From the NCBI GenBank assembly GCA_963828735.1, contig CAWHFW010000005.1:1152001-1216000 (forward strand): a DNA stretch of 64,000 nucleotides, given 5' to 3'. This stretch comes from an uncultured Gemmatimonadales bacterium (GTDB lineage Bacteria; Gemmatimonadota; Gemmatimonadetes; Gemmatimonadales; GWC2-71-9). The position numbers and the translations under genes are program-made. The notes beneath the pieces are model-generated. The model saw only the letters and a program-made list of their open reading frames with translations. It was not told where the DNA came from and did no database searches. This document shows, piece after piece, positions 8,975 to 19,181 of the stretch; position 1 is the first letter of the stretch, and every line of letters starts with the position of its first letter.

Positions 8975-9877
8975 CTACTGCTCTCGCCGCACCAGTTCGA
9001 GCGCGACGTCACCGACGATCTGGAGACTCGCGCCGCTCACCTTGTCGATCGTGTCGTCCTTGGTGTGCCACGAGGGATAGTCGAAGTCCACGACGTCGAT
9101 GGCGCGGATGCCAACCTTCTGCAGCTCCAGGTGGTCATCGATCAGGGTGTGCTTCGGCGTGGCGACGAACGTGCCCGCGTAGCCCAGGTCCTTCGCGGTG
9201 TTCCAGACGAGCTCGACCACCTCGGGCGCTCCGACCAGCGAGTTCCCTTCCTCGAAAATCTGCAGGTCCTTGTCGGCGATGAGATCGAACAGGACCGCGT
9301 AGAGCGGCTGCGCGCCGGGCGCCTGGTGCGCGGCGTAATAGCGCGACCCGATCAGGACGTCCTTCGGCGTCTTGGTGAAGTCGCCGTAGTCCTCGCCGTC
9401 CACGAACAGCAGATCCACCCCGACCGTCGGCGGGGCGCGCTTGAGCACATCGGCCACGCCGAGCAGCAGGGCAACGCCAGAGGCGCCGTCGTTGGCGCCG
9501 GGCACCGGCTTGGTCGAGTCGGTGGACGTAGGGCTGTCCGCGGTCGGGCGACTGTCCCAGTGCGCGAGGAACAGGAGCCGCTTGCTTGCGCCGGGCTTGA
9601 ACCGCGCGACGAAGTTGGTGAGCGCGAGCGAGTCGCGGGCGGCGGTGACGTGGGTCCAGGACTGCACGATCAGGGTGTCGGAGCGCTGGCGCAGCAACGA
9701 GTCGAGCCACGCCGTCATCCGCTGGTGTGCCTCGGTCCCCGGAATGCGAGGACCAAACGCCACCTGGGCCTCGAGGTAGCGGAACGCCGAGGTGCCGTCG
9801 AACTCGCGCACGTGCGGCTTCGACTCGCGGCAGGCCGGGAGCAGAAGCGCAGCGAGAAGCAGATATCGGCGTCGCAT
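8975..9877 (-). CDS. M28-fold lipoprotein, probable glutaminyl-peptide cyclotransferase
   Basis: Lipobox LLPA-C; FGPRIPGT, AHWDSRP, GANDGASG, DGEDYG, GSRYYA, DDH and WHT..D match the animal-type QC/M28 zinc site. Confidence 0.8.
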   Translation of the reverse strand: MRRRYLLLAALLLPACRESKPHVREFDGTSAFRYLEAQVAFGPRIPGTEAHQRMTAWLDSLLRQRSDTLIVQSWTHVTAARDSLALTNFVARFKPGASKRLLFLAHWDSRPTADSPTSTDSTKPVPGANDGASGVALLLGVADVLKRAPPTVGVDLLFVDGEDYGDFTKTPKDVLIGSRYYAAHQAPGAQPLYAVLFDLIADKDLQIFEEGNSLVGAPEVVELVWNTAKDLGYAGTFVATPKHTLIDDHLELQKVGIRAIDVVDFDYPSWHTKDDTIDKVSGASLQIVGDVALELVRREQ

Positions 9878-9931
9878 GGGCAGGATGAAACCGCGCTCGG
9901 GTGGGAAAGTCAACGAGCAGCGATGATGGTG

Positions 9932-12900
9932 CTACCGGTAGTCGCCGGCGAACAACGAGAGCTGGAACGAGGCGATGATCGAGAGCTGCGACGTCCGGCG
10001 GCTCAGGTGCCGTGCGTCGTTCAAGGTATACCCGACCTGGAGGCCCCCGCTCAGCGTCTGCAACAAATCCGTGTCCACGCCGCCGCGCACCTCGCGTCGC
10101 CGCACATCCGAGATCAGGATGCAGTCGCCCACGTCGCCCTGGTGGATGCAGGTGCGGGCCTTCGTCTGCAGGTACGTGAGCGAGCTCCGCACCGGCTTCC
10201 GCGCGCGGCTCACGGAGCGTGGCAGCCGGATGGTGTACGTGAGCGAGCCGGTGACATCGTTCTGCTGGAGCTGGGTCTCGTTTCCGTTGGACAGGTTGTC
10301 CTGGCCAAGCGTGGTGAGGCCGAGCGTGACGTTTAGGCCGTTCCGGAATCCGAGCTGGACATCCGGCGTCACGGACGACGACTTGATGCTGGTGAGCGCC
10401 GGCGCGCCGCCCCGATTCCCCTGCATCGACGTGCCCTCGCGACGCCGGAACGCGGTCCCAACCGCGACGATCGTGAACGGACCCCCGCGGAACGTGCGGC
10501 TCCAGCGGACGTTCCCGACCGGCCACTCGGTCTGCTGGGTCTCGGTCTCGATGAAGGCCTCGCCCACGCGCTGCAGACGAGTGGTCCGGCTGAGCGCGTG
10601 CGAGATGGTGAAGGTGACGCCGTACGGCAGGTCCGCTCCGGTGGCCACGGTGGCGGTCCGCGTCTCGGAGACGCCGCGAGCCGCCTCGCCTTCCTGCACC
10701 AGGAAGTCGTCGAGGCCGCCCAGCGCGAGCTGGTATCTCAGGCTCGGATCGAACGCGTTCAGGTCGTAGGTGGACGTGCGGGTGAGCCGCGTGCTCGCGT
10801 CGATCGGCCGGACGCGCGCCATCGTCTTGCCGATGCCGCTGCTGTCCCCGGCGATCAGGCGGAGGGCGCGCGCGAAGTCCACCGACGCGCCGAGCTCGTT
10901 GGTTCGGGCGTTGTTGAGGGTCTGGGGCAGAATGAACGCGCCGCTGTCCCCATCCGCCCGCACCGGATCGCGACTCGAGAGCGTCCGGCTCAGCACGAAG
11001 TTGCTGGTGGTGATGAACCGCGGCCGGAGCCAGGACGCGAGGTTTGGCGTCAAGGCGAGCGCCGTCGCCACCGTCCGGTCGCGCTCGACCCCTACCGGAA
11101 TGCCCAGAAAGAACCGACGCTCCGCGTAGGCCAGTCGTCCGATCGGCGACGAGTCCGGATACACCCGAAGGTCGCGGGTGCTGGCCAAGTCGCCGCTCAG
11201 GTTGAGCATGCCCAGGGGCTGCCAGGTGAGGCCCGCAGAGTTGCGCCAGAGATGGTTGAGGGCCAGCGTCGGCTGGAAGGCGTCGTCGTCGCTTCGCGCG
11301 ACGGGGAACCGGAAGGCCGTCGAGTTGGACTCATCCCGGTTGAGCCCGCTCGCCAGACGGAACCGGGTGGGATTCACGCTCAGGTCCGCCCGCTCGAGGC
11401 TTTTCCCGATCTCGCCCTCACGCATGAACTTCGGCAGCACGCTGGCGATGCCCCCGAGGCCGAGGTGGATGCCACGGCGGCGCGATTGTACCTGGTATGT
11501 CACGTTCATGGTGTAGGAGTTGGACTGGACCTCCGACAATTCGGTGATCGCGTGCCCCTGGGTATAGCTCGCCGCGGCCGAGAGCGGATCGAACAGGCCC
11601 TTCGTCAGCCAGGTCCGTCCGGGTATCGCACGGCGAATCCCCATGGTGACAGTCCCGCTCCGGGTGTCCGGCTTCCGCAGTCCGCTCAGCGCGTCCCCGC
11701 GAATGTCGGTGCCGGTCAGCAGCTCCGGGTTGGTCGCCGTCCGCGCGTAGGCGACCGTCACCGGCACCGCGAGCCCGAGGTTGGTGGGCAGGAAGCGCTC
11801 GAGCCGGAGGTTGCCGCCCATCTGGAGCACGTCGGTGCCAAGGTAGGACGGATCCTGGTTGATCTGCCGGAACTGGCCGTTCTGCTTGATGAACGCGACC
11901 GACAGCGCGGCCACGTCCGAGGCGACGAGCCGCGCGTCGACCGACGCGGCTGTGCCGGTCTGGGAGACGGGATCGGTGAGTCGGATGTCGTCCACCCACA
12001 GCTCCGCCTCCTCCGTGGTGACCGTCTGGCCCACCCGGTAGATGCCGGCCGAGATCTCCTGCACCGCCGCGAGGTTCGGTGGATTCACCCCGGGGTCGGC
12101 GACATGCACGAGATAGGGCCCCTCGCATGCCACGTACGCCCCGGTGTCCAGGGTGCCGCACTCGGCGGCGCCCGACGGCGGCTGACCGCTGAGCCAGCGA
12201 TTCTCGACGTCGGCCCGAAGCCGCCGAAGCGTCTCGAGGTCGATCGTCACCTCGGGCGTCCAGGTATCGGAGCGCGCCGGCGCGCGGTAGAGATAGAAGT
12301 TGTTGTTGTCGCTGCCGAGCTTGAGGTACGCCTGCAGATCTCCCTCGTTCCACCCGGGGCCGCGGCCCCGCATCCAGACGCCAAGCGTTCGATAGGTCAG
12401 CAGGTTCTGCGCGCCCGCGGGAAATCGCAGATATGCTTCGGCGCGCTCGCCCAGGCGGAGGTCCTGTGCGATGATCCGGAGCGACTTCTCGTTGATCTGG
12501 GTGCCTTCCGATTGCTGATCACCACCGCGCCGGGCGACGTCGTCGGTCACGCCCGGCGGCGATTCGTAGCCCAGGTCGGTCTGGTTCTCGGTGGAGACAA
12601 CCGAGGTGACGATCTCGCCGTGCGCCTCGCCGGTGGCGCCCGTGAGGCCGAGGATCGGCGTATCCGACCGGCGCACCCAGGGCGACCCCACGAACCGGAG
12701 CCGCGCCATGGCGAAGCGCGCCACGATGTCGGGCTGCCCCGGGTCGGGCGGCGCAACGACCGTCAGCCGGAGATGCTGGACGAGGCGGAGTGTCGGGGTG
12801 TTGAGCGTCTTGCTCGGCCTCCGGATGGGAATGCGGTAGAGCTTCCAGGTGGCGGTGTGGCCCTGTTCGTCGGTCGTGGTGACGCCGTTCCGGACGTAGA

Positions 12901-15900
12901 AGCTGTCGGCGGCGAGATCCACGATGTAGCGGAAGACGTTCTCGTTTGAGCCCGTGAGGTCGAGACCGGTGTCGCCGTTCAGGTCCTCGGTGTCGAGGAC
13001 ACCGTTGCCGTTGGTGCAGCGGGAGCTCAGGTCGCCCCACGGGAAGACCGGCACTTCGCTGCTCAGGGCGCGGACGCAGAGCGGCAGGTCCTCGACCGGC
13101 GGGAGCCCGGCTTCTTGGATCGAATCGGGTCGGTCGCCCAGGATGCCGACGTCGTCGGTCTCGGCGTTGAAGATCCCGACCTCGGTGCGTTCGGTGTTCA
13201 GCGTCCCGAGGCCCACGTACTGCCGCCCGGTGTACAGTGTGTCCGCGCCGTTGGGGGTCAGGGAGTCGGGCGCCAGGGCGATGGCGTCCTCGCTCACGGT
13301 GCCCAGATCGATGACCAGCCTCATGCCGGCCGAGTCGGCGGGCTCGCCGGCAGGCTGGAACAGCCAGAACTCGAGGAAATCGTCGTTGCTGAGGTCGAGC
13401 CCGGTCGGGCTCAGCGACGTCACCATCGATCGCCACCGCGGCCGGAAGTCCCGGCGCGGCAGGGACCAGCGCGAGGCATTGTTCCGCTGCACGATGCCGC
13501 CGGCGGTGTCGGCATGCAGCGCCATGTACATGATGGTCTCGGGGTTGGCGCCGGCGCCCGCGACCCTGATCAACGTGTCGATGTCCTGCGGCCGGAGCTC
13601 CAGGGGGGTGCCGTTGGGTCCCGGAATCAGGTTCTGCCAGGTGAGGGCCACGGCGTCGGCCGGATCGAACCCGCCGGCGAACCCGATGTCCTCGAGGCCG
13701 TCGGGCTGTTGCGGGCGACTGCCGAACTCCCACTGCGTCTCGCCGAGGCTCACGTCGACGCCCGCATCGCCCTCGAATTCCTCGAGATACGCCTGTCCGG
13801 ACCGGTTGGGGTCCGGCTTGGTGAAGGCGAACTCGGCGTTCACGTCGAACAGCGAGGGCGCCGACGCTTCCTTGGTCACCAGCTTGTTCAGGAAGCTGTT
13901 GACCCACGTCGGCTTGAAGTGGAGCTCGGTGTTCACGCCGCCGATGAGGTTGGCCGACGCCTCGAACCCGAGCGCCGGGCGCGTGAACGCGCTCTGTTCC
14001 CGCTGGTACAGGCCGATCAGGTTGATGGCGCCGCGATCGCCGAGCGAATAGCGGGTGGCCATGCCGAGGATGCTCGTGGGCGCCACGGCGAACAGGCCCT
14101 GCTCCTCGAACCGAGCCGTCACCTGCGCCGACCCCGTGCCGAACAGCGCGTCGGGGTTGAGGAACGTCACCTGCCCGACGTCGTAGGAGATGGAGTAGTC
14201 CACCCCGCGCACCAGTTTCCGTCCGGCGACGTAGAGCTGCTCGCTGTTCTCGCGGAGCTGGAGCGCGTTCAGGGTGAGCGTCGAGCGGTCGCCGCCGCCG
14301 GTGGCGTTGTACTGGAGGCGCACGGCGAACTTGGCCGGCGGCCCCTGGGACAGGAGAAGAAAGAGCGGTGTTCGGTACAGCGAGTCGGACGCCTCGGCGG
14401 GTGTCAGGCGAGCGGGATCGGCGAACGGCTGGAGACTCGGGAACACGATGTACGATTCGCGAACGACCTGGGAGGCGTCCGTATCCTGCTGGCGCGGAAA
14501 GAGGCGGTTGGTGCGATCGAACACCGTCGCGTCGCTTGGCACCGCGAGGCCCAGCTGTTGCAAGTACGTTTCCGCGTTGCCGGCGAGCGGACGCTCGGAG
14601 CGGTTGAGCGTGATCCCCACCAGCAGCGAGCTAGGGTCGAGGTCGGCGCCGGCCACCCGGTACACCTGTCGCATCTCGTAGCGGAACGTCGGGAGGCTCG
14701 GCCCCTGCTGCGGCTGGACGATCAGCTCGAGCGTGTCCCGCGCCTGCGGGACCCCGGCGACGGTGACGGTGCCGCGATCGACTTCGGGGAAGGTGCCGAC
14801 GACGTTGTCCGCCGCCGTGCGATAGCTGACCGCGAGGTAGTCGTTCACGTCGAGCTTGGTGCCCAGGACGATCCAGAGGCCCGACTCGTCCAGGAAGTAG
14901 TCGGTGCCCTGGATGAGCAGCTCCCAGCGGACGGGGCCAAACTGCTGGGGGCTGTCGCCTCGGCGGGCCAGCGCCGTTATGCCGCCCAGATTCGGGTTGA
15001 CCCCGCTCTTGCTGCTGGCGGCGCGGTAGCGGTAGATCCGCACCTGGCTCGGCCGGTAGGTGGGCGAGAGGGCATCCGGTGATAGCTTGAGGATGTCGAG
15101 CGCCGGGTAGCCCGGCAGGCTGTCCGGGTCGACGACCCAGAAGAAGCGGCCGCTCTCGAAGTCGAGGTCGCGCACCTGGCGGTCCTGCGCCTGACTCGTC
15201 GTCTGGCCGACCGTGTACGTCCGCTCGGAGACCACGCTTCCCTTCTGGGTGGCCGCGAGCGTCTGGAGCGTCACCGGTCCCACCTCGAAGGTGGCGTTCA
15301 CGCCGAAGTTGTTGGCGGGGACGGCGGCGGTGATGAAGCGCGACGGGGGCGGCTGGAAGACCACGGTGCCGATGTCCACGCGCCGGACGATCTCGTCCTC
15401 CAGACCCTCGTAGTAGATCTGGACGTTGTTGTTGCTGGAGTAATCCCGCTCGGTATCGAAGTCCACATTCACGTGGACCCGTTGGCCGAGCAGGCCGCTC
15501 GAACGGATATTCACCTGGTTGTCGAGGCTCGGGGCCTTGAAGCCGCCGCGACAGCCGGAATTCGGGTCGAGCGACAGCGCCGGGGTACACCGTTCCTCGC
15601 GAACGCGGTCGGTCCGGATCTCGAGTCGGGCCTGGCCGTCCAGGGTCAAGTCGGCGTATTTCGTGGGGAGCCCGAGGACGTTCTTTCGGGCCGGCTGCCC
15701 TTCCTCCTCCCCGGCGAGCGGCAGATCGGCGATCCCGTAGAGATTTCGGAGCCGGAAGGCGAGCTGGCGATCGGCACGATCGGCGGCCACCGTGGCGGCG
15801 ACCACGCTGTCGAAAGCCTCCAGCCGGAGGCCGGGCGCCAGACGAGGGCCACCCATCCAGGAGGCTCGGAGCGCGGCTGGTTGCTGGAGAGCGAGCGGGG

Positions 15901-16006
15901 GTTGCTCGAAGCGGACCCGGACACCGAGCGTCGTCGTATCCGCTTGCGCGCAGAGCACCCGAGGCAGCCAGATCAGGCAGCCCAGGGCGACCAGGAAACG
16001 AGTCAC
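9932..16006 (-). CDS. sprA: SprA/Sov-like outer-membrane translocon (T9SS)
   Basis: 2024 aa with signal peptide. Segments NVDFDTER, YEGLEDEIVR, ENSEQLYV.G.KL.RGVDY.I.Y..GQV, YLEEFEG, LDTEDLNGD, WKLYRIPIR, QINEKSL and LWVDDIRL are SprA-family hallmarks; long C-terminal beta-strand region. Confidence 0.85.
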   Translation of the reverse strand: MTRFLVALGCLIWLPRVLCAQADTTTLGVRVRFEQPPLALQQPAALRASWMGGPRLAPGLRLEAFDSVVAATVAADRADRQLAFRLRNLYGIADLPLAGEEEGQPARKNVLGLPTKYADLTLDGQARLEIRTDRVREERCTPALSLDPNSGCRGGFKAPSLDNQVNIRSSGLLGQRVHVNVDFDTERDYSSNNNVQIYYEGLEDEIVRRVDIGTVVFQPPPSRFITAAVPANNFGVNATFEVGPVTLQTLAATQKGSVVSERTYTVGQTTSQAQDRQVRDLDFESGRFFWVVDPDSLPGYPALDILKLSPDALSPTYRPSQVRIYRYRAASSKSGVNPNLGGITALARRGDSPQQFGPVRWELLIQGTDYFLDESGLWIVLGTKLDVNDYLAVSYRTAADNVVGTFPEVDRGTVTVAGVPQARDTLELIVQPQQGPSLPTFRYEMRQVYRVAGADLDPSSLLVGITLNRSERPLAGNAETYLQQLGLAVPSDATVFDRTNRLFPRQQDTDASQVVRESYIVFPSLQPFADPARLTPAEASDSLYRTPLFLLLSQGPPAKFAVRLQYNATGGGDRSTLTLNALQLRENSEQLYVAGRKLVRGVDYSISYDVGQVTFLNPDALFGTGSAQVTARFEEQGLFAVAPTSILGMATRYSLGDRGAINLIGLYQREQSAFTRPALGFEASANLIGGVNTELHFKPTWVNSFLNKLVTKEASAPSLFDVNAEFAFTKPDPNRSGQAYLEEFEGDAGVDVSLGETQWEFGSRPQQPDGLEDIGFAGGFDPADAVALTWQNLIPGPNGTPLELRPQDIDTLIRVAGAGANPETIMYMALHADTAGGIVQRNNASRWSLPRRDFRPRWRSMVTSLSPTGLDLSNDDFLEFWLFQPAGEPADSAGMRLVIDLGTVSEDAIALAPDSLTPNGADTLYTGRQYVGLGTLNTERTEVGIFNAETDDVGILGDRPDSIQEAGLPPVEDLPLCVRALSSEVPVFPWGDLSSRCTNGNGVLDTEDLNGDTGLDLTGSNENVFRYIVDLAADSFYVRNGVTTTDEQGHTATWKLYRIPIRRPSKTLNTPTLRLVQHLRLTVVAPPDPGQPDIVARFAMARLRFVGSPWVRRSDTPILGLTGATGEAHGEIVTSVVSTENQTDLGYESPPGVTDDVARRGGDQQSEGTQINEKSLRIIAQDLRLGERAEAYLRFPAGAQNLLTYRTLGVWMRGRGPGWNEGDLQAYLKLGSDNNNFYLYRAPARSDTWTPEVTIDLETLRRLRADVENRWLSGQPPSGAAECGTLDTGAYVACEGPYLVHVADPGVNPPNLAAVQEISAGIYRVGQTVTTEEAELWVDDIRLTDPVSQTGTAASVDARLVASDVAALSVAFIKQNGQFRQINQDPSYLGTDVLQMGGNLRLERFLPTNLGLAVPVTVAYARTATNPELLTGTDIRGDALSGLRKPDTRSGTVTMGIRRAIPGRTWLTKGLFDPLSAAASYTQGHAITELSEVQSNSYTMNVTYQVQSRRRGIHLGLGGIASVLPKFMREGEIGKSLERADLSVNPTRFRLASGLNRDESNSTAFRFPVARSDDDAFQPTLALNHLWRNSAGLTWQPLGMLNLSGDLASTRDLRVYPDSSPIGRLAYAERRFFLGIPVGVERDRTVATALALTPNLASWLRPRFITTSNFVLSRTLSSRDPVRADGDSGAFILPQTLNNARTNELGASVDFARALRLIAGDSSGIGKTMARVRPIDASTRLTRTSTYDLNAFDPSLRYQLALGGLDDFLVQEGEAARGVSETRTATVATGADLPYGVTFTISHALSRTTRLQRVGEAFIETETQQTEWPVGNVRWSRTFRGGPFTIVAVGTAFRRREGTSMQGNRGGAPALTSIKSSSVTPDVQLGFRNGLNVTLGLTTLGQDNLSNGNETQLQQNDVTGSLTYTIRLPRSVSRARKPVRSSLTYLQTKARTCIHQGDVGDCILISDVRRREVRGGVDTDLLQTLSGGLQVGYTLNDARHLSRRTSQLSIIASFQLSLFAGDYR

Positions 16007-16026
16007 TCTAGAGGATCACACGAGGC

Positions 16027-16055
16027 TTGAGGATGATGGATCACGCCAATATAAT
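16027..16055 (+). promoter_or_regulatory. Sigma70 promoter for lptFG
   Basis: TTGAGG (16027-16032), 17 nt, TATAAT (16050-16055). Confidence 0.6.
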
Positions 16056-16094
16056 GCCTCGAACAACCCCTTACAACTGTATGAGTTAGCCGTC

Positions 16095-18002
16095 TTGCGC
16101 CTGCTCAGTCGGTACCTCCTCCGTCAGCTCATCGCCCCGTTCCTCTTCGGACTCGCGGCCCTGACCAGCCTCATGCTCCTGAGCCAGATCGCCAAGAAGT
16201 TCGGCGCGCTGGTGGGGAAGGGACTCCCGTGGGGGGTTATCGCCGAGGTCTTCGCGCTCAGCCTACCGTTCATCGTGGCCATGACGCTGCCGATGGCGGT
16301 GCTGCTGGCCGTCCTGTACGCCTTCAGCCATCTGGCCGCCGACAACGAGATCACCGCCATGCGGGCGAGCGGGATCAGCGTCTATCAGCTCCTCACTCCC
16401 GTGCTGGCGTGGGGTGTCCTGATGTCGGCGCTCAACTTCGCCTTCGTAGACCAGGTCCTGCCCCGGACCAATGCCCGCCTCCGCGGCCTCCTGATCGACA
16501 TCGGCCGGAAGAAACCCACCCTGGAGCTGCGCGAGCAGGTCATCAACGAGGTTCCCCCGTCCCAGTATTTCCTGCGGGCCAGCCGGATCGACGCGGCCAC
16601 GGGCCGGCTCAAGGACATCACGATCTACGACATGGGCGGGGAGAGCAACCGGCGGATCATCTATGCCGACAGCGGCCGGATGGCCTATAACGAGGGCCGC
16701 ACCGACCTCAACCTCCGCCTGTTCGACGGCAGCATCCACCAATACCGCCCCAGCGACCCGCTCACGTTCCAGCTGACGTACTACCGGGTCAACGACATCC
16801 GGGTGAAGGACGTCTATGACGAGCTGGTGCGGAACAGCTCCGAGAACGTACGAGGCGACCGCGAGATGAGCACCTGCGAGATGCTCTCGGTAATTCAGGA
16901 TGCTCGCGCGGACGAACGAAACGCCGTGCGCGACCGGGAAGAACTGTTGCGATCCGACCTGCGGGCGTTGCTGCACCTGCCTTCGATGGGCGTACGGGCG
17001 GCCGACACGACGTCCCACCGTCTGCCGGCGTACTGCAGGTGGATAGACCGGGCGCAGATGGCTCTCACCAAGACGGCCGAGCCCGAGACTCCCGCACAGC
17101 CGGACGGGCACCTCGCTCGGCAGGGGGCCAGAGTGACCCCGGAACCAGCGCCGGCGTCAGGCCTGAGGCCGCCGGCCGCCCGGGCACCGGGGTCCAAGCC
17201 GCCCGTTTCGACGTTGCCGGGCGCCAAGCCGGGTGGCTCGCCGGCCCCCGGCGCGCCCGCCGCGAACCTGTCAGCGGCGAATGCCGAGGCGCCGCCGCCT
17301 TCGCCACCCGGTGTGCCGGCCGCGAGGCCGAAGCCCACCCGGCCGCCGGCAACGGCTGCCGCGAGAGTGAAACCCGGAGGCGTGCAGGCTCCGTCCAAGT
17401 TGCCGCCCTCGAAGCTGCCACCCGGGAGCCAGGCCAAGCCGCCGGCCGTGCCCCGACAGGGCGCTGCGCGAGCCGACGAGCGCGCCCGCCAGTTGGGGCC
17501 GCCCCAGGCGCCACCGCCGCTCAACTTTCCCAAGCCGGTGTTCGCTCGCCCGCAGATCTCCAACTGGGCCCAGGTAGCCACGGCCGCGGACCGCGAGACG
17601 GAAGCGGATCGCCGGGCGGACCGCTACGAGGTCGAGGTCCACAAGAAGTGGTCGATCAGCTTCGCCTGCATTTCGTTCGTGATCATCGGGATCGTGATGG
17701 CCCTCCGGTTCCCGCGCGGCGGCATCGGCCTCGTCATCGGCGGTGGCCTGTTGATCTTCTCCGTGCACTACGTCGGCCTCACGGCCGGCGAGAGCCTCGC
17801 CGACCGCGGGTTCGTGTCGCCATGGGAAGCGATGTGGGCGCCGAACATCCTGCTCACCGTCGTCGGCATCATCGGCATGTTCCGCGTGAGTCGCGAGTCC
17901 GGCTCCACGCGCGGCGGCGACTTCCAGGAGATCATGGACGGCATCCGCCACCTCTTCCGCCGGCTCCGCCGCCGCGGCGCCTCGCCGGCCGAGGCGCCAT
18001 GA
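16095..18002 (+). CDS. lptF: LptF/LptG family LPS export permease with Pro-rich insertion
   Basis: TTG start (RLLSRYLLRQL), LPMAVLLAVL, DNEITAMRASGIS, EVHKKWSISFAC, AMWAPN. Confidence 0.88.
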   Translation: MRLLSRYLLRQLIAPFLFGLAALTSLMLLSQIAKKFGALVGKGLPWGVIAEVFALSLPFIVAMTLPMAVLLAVLYAFSHLAADNEITAMRASGISVYQLLTPVLAWGVLMSALNFAFVDQVLPRTNARLRGLLIDIGRKKPTLELREQVINEVPPSQYFLRASRIDAATGRLKDITIYDMGGESNRRIIYADSGRMAYNEGRTDLNLRLFDGSIHQYRPSDPLTFQLTYYRVNDIRVKDVYDELVRNSSENVRGDREMSTCEMLSVIQDARADERNAVRDREELLRSDLRALLHLPSMGVRAADTTSHRLPAYCRWIDRAQMALTKTAEPETPAQPDGHLARQGARVTPEPAPASGLRPPAARAPGSKPPVSTLPGAKPGGSPAPGAPAANLSAANAEAPPPSPPGVPAARPKPTRPPATAAARVKPGGVQAPSKLPPSKLPPGSQAKPPAVPRQGAARADERARQLGPPQAPPPLNFPKPVFARPQISNWAQVATAADRETEADRRADRYEVEVHKKWSISFACISFVIIGIVMALRFPRGGIGLVIGGGLLIFSVHYVGLTAGESLADRGFVSPWEAMWAPNILLTVVGIIGMFRVSRESGSTRGGDFQEIMDGIRHLFRRLRRRGASPAEAP

Positions 18003-19078
18003 GCCTGACGCGCACGCTGGACCGCTACGTGTTCGGCAGCTGGTTCAGGATCTTCATCCTGACCGCGCTCGGCTTCCCGCTGGTGTCCATCCTGATCAAC
18101 CTGACGGACACGCTGAACAAGCTGCTGGATCGCGGGCTCAGCACCCGCGACATCGTGGTGAGCTACATCTACTCCATTCCGGAGAACGCCTTCATCGTCA
18201 TGCCGGCGGCCGTGCTGTTCGCGACCGTGTTCACCGTCGGCGCGATGGGGCGGCATTCGGAGCTCACCGCGGCGAAGGCCGGCGGCCTCAGCTTCTACCG
18301 GGTGATGCTGCCGATCTTCATTGCAGCGGCGCTCGCCACCGTGCTGGCGTTCGTCGTCGGCGAGATGGCCCCCGGCGCCACGGCGCACGAGCTCATGCTG
18401 CAGAAGGCCAAGCCGCCGCGCTCCACCAGCTCGAGGTACAACTTCGTGTACCGCGGTGACGCGGGCTGGATCTACACGGTTCGTTCGCTCGAGGTGGGCT
18501 CGCGGCAGCTCAAGGGGCTGATGCTCGAACGCCAGGGCAACGGGGTCAGCTATCCCGGCCTCATCATCACCGCGGACAGCGCGAGCTACGCGCGCCGGGG
18601 GTGGCGGCTCCGGAACGGGACGAGCCGGGTGATCGTCGGGCCCAACCAGCAGGTGAGCTTCGCCTTCAAGACCATGAAGCTTCGCGCGCTGACGCAGGCG
18701 CCGGCCGATCTGCTCGCGGAGTCGAAGGCGCCCGACGAGATGCGGTACGCGGAGCTGGGACGATACATCGACGGCCTCAAGCGGTCCGGCAACGACGCCA
18801 ACAAGCTGATCGTGGAGCAGGCGCTGAAGGTGGCCCTCCCCGTTACCTGCTTCATCATCGCGCTGTTCGGCGCCCCCCTCGCCGTGCAGGCTCCGCGTGC
18901 CGGAGCGGCGGTCGGCATCGCGATCAGCCTGGGCACGACCGTGATGTTCCTGCTCATCACCCAGATCATGAAGGCCGTGGGTTCCGGCGGCTTGATCGAC
19001 CCGACGGTCGCCGCATGGCTGCCGAACATGGTGTTCCTGTTGGCGGGCCTGCTGCTGATGGCGCGGGTGCGGACGTAG
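17999..19078 (+). CDS. lptG: LptF/LptG family permease
   Basis: TLDRYV, HSELTAAKAGGLS, PDEMRYAEL, AAWLPN; ATGA overlap with lptF. Confidence 0.88.
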   Translation: MSLTRTLDRYVFGSWFRIFILTALGFPLVSILINLTDTLNKLLDRGLSTRDIVVSYIYSIPENAFIVMPAAVLFATVFTVGAMGRHSELTAAKAGGLSFYRVMLPIFIAAALATVLAFVVGEMAPGATAHELMLQKAKPPRSTSSRYNFVYRGDAGWIYTVRSLEVGSRQLKGLMLERQGNGVSYPGLIITADSASYARRGWRLRNGTSRVIVGPNQQVSFAFKTMKLRALTQAPADLLAESKAPDEMRYAELGRYIDGLKRSGNDANKLIVEQALKVALPVTCFIIALFGAPLAVQAPRAGAAVGIAISLGTTVMFLLITQIMKAVGSGGLIDPTVAAWLPNMVFLLAGLLLMARVRT

Positions 19079-19181
19079 CGGGCTGACTCGATCAGGTCGC
19101 CCGTCGCGCGGAGTTTCACTTCCACCCTTGCCGATCGCCCGAGCGTCCGACCGTCCGTCCCGCGCCCGCTATATTTCCCCC

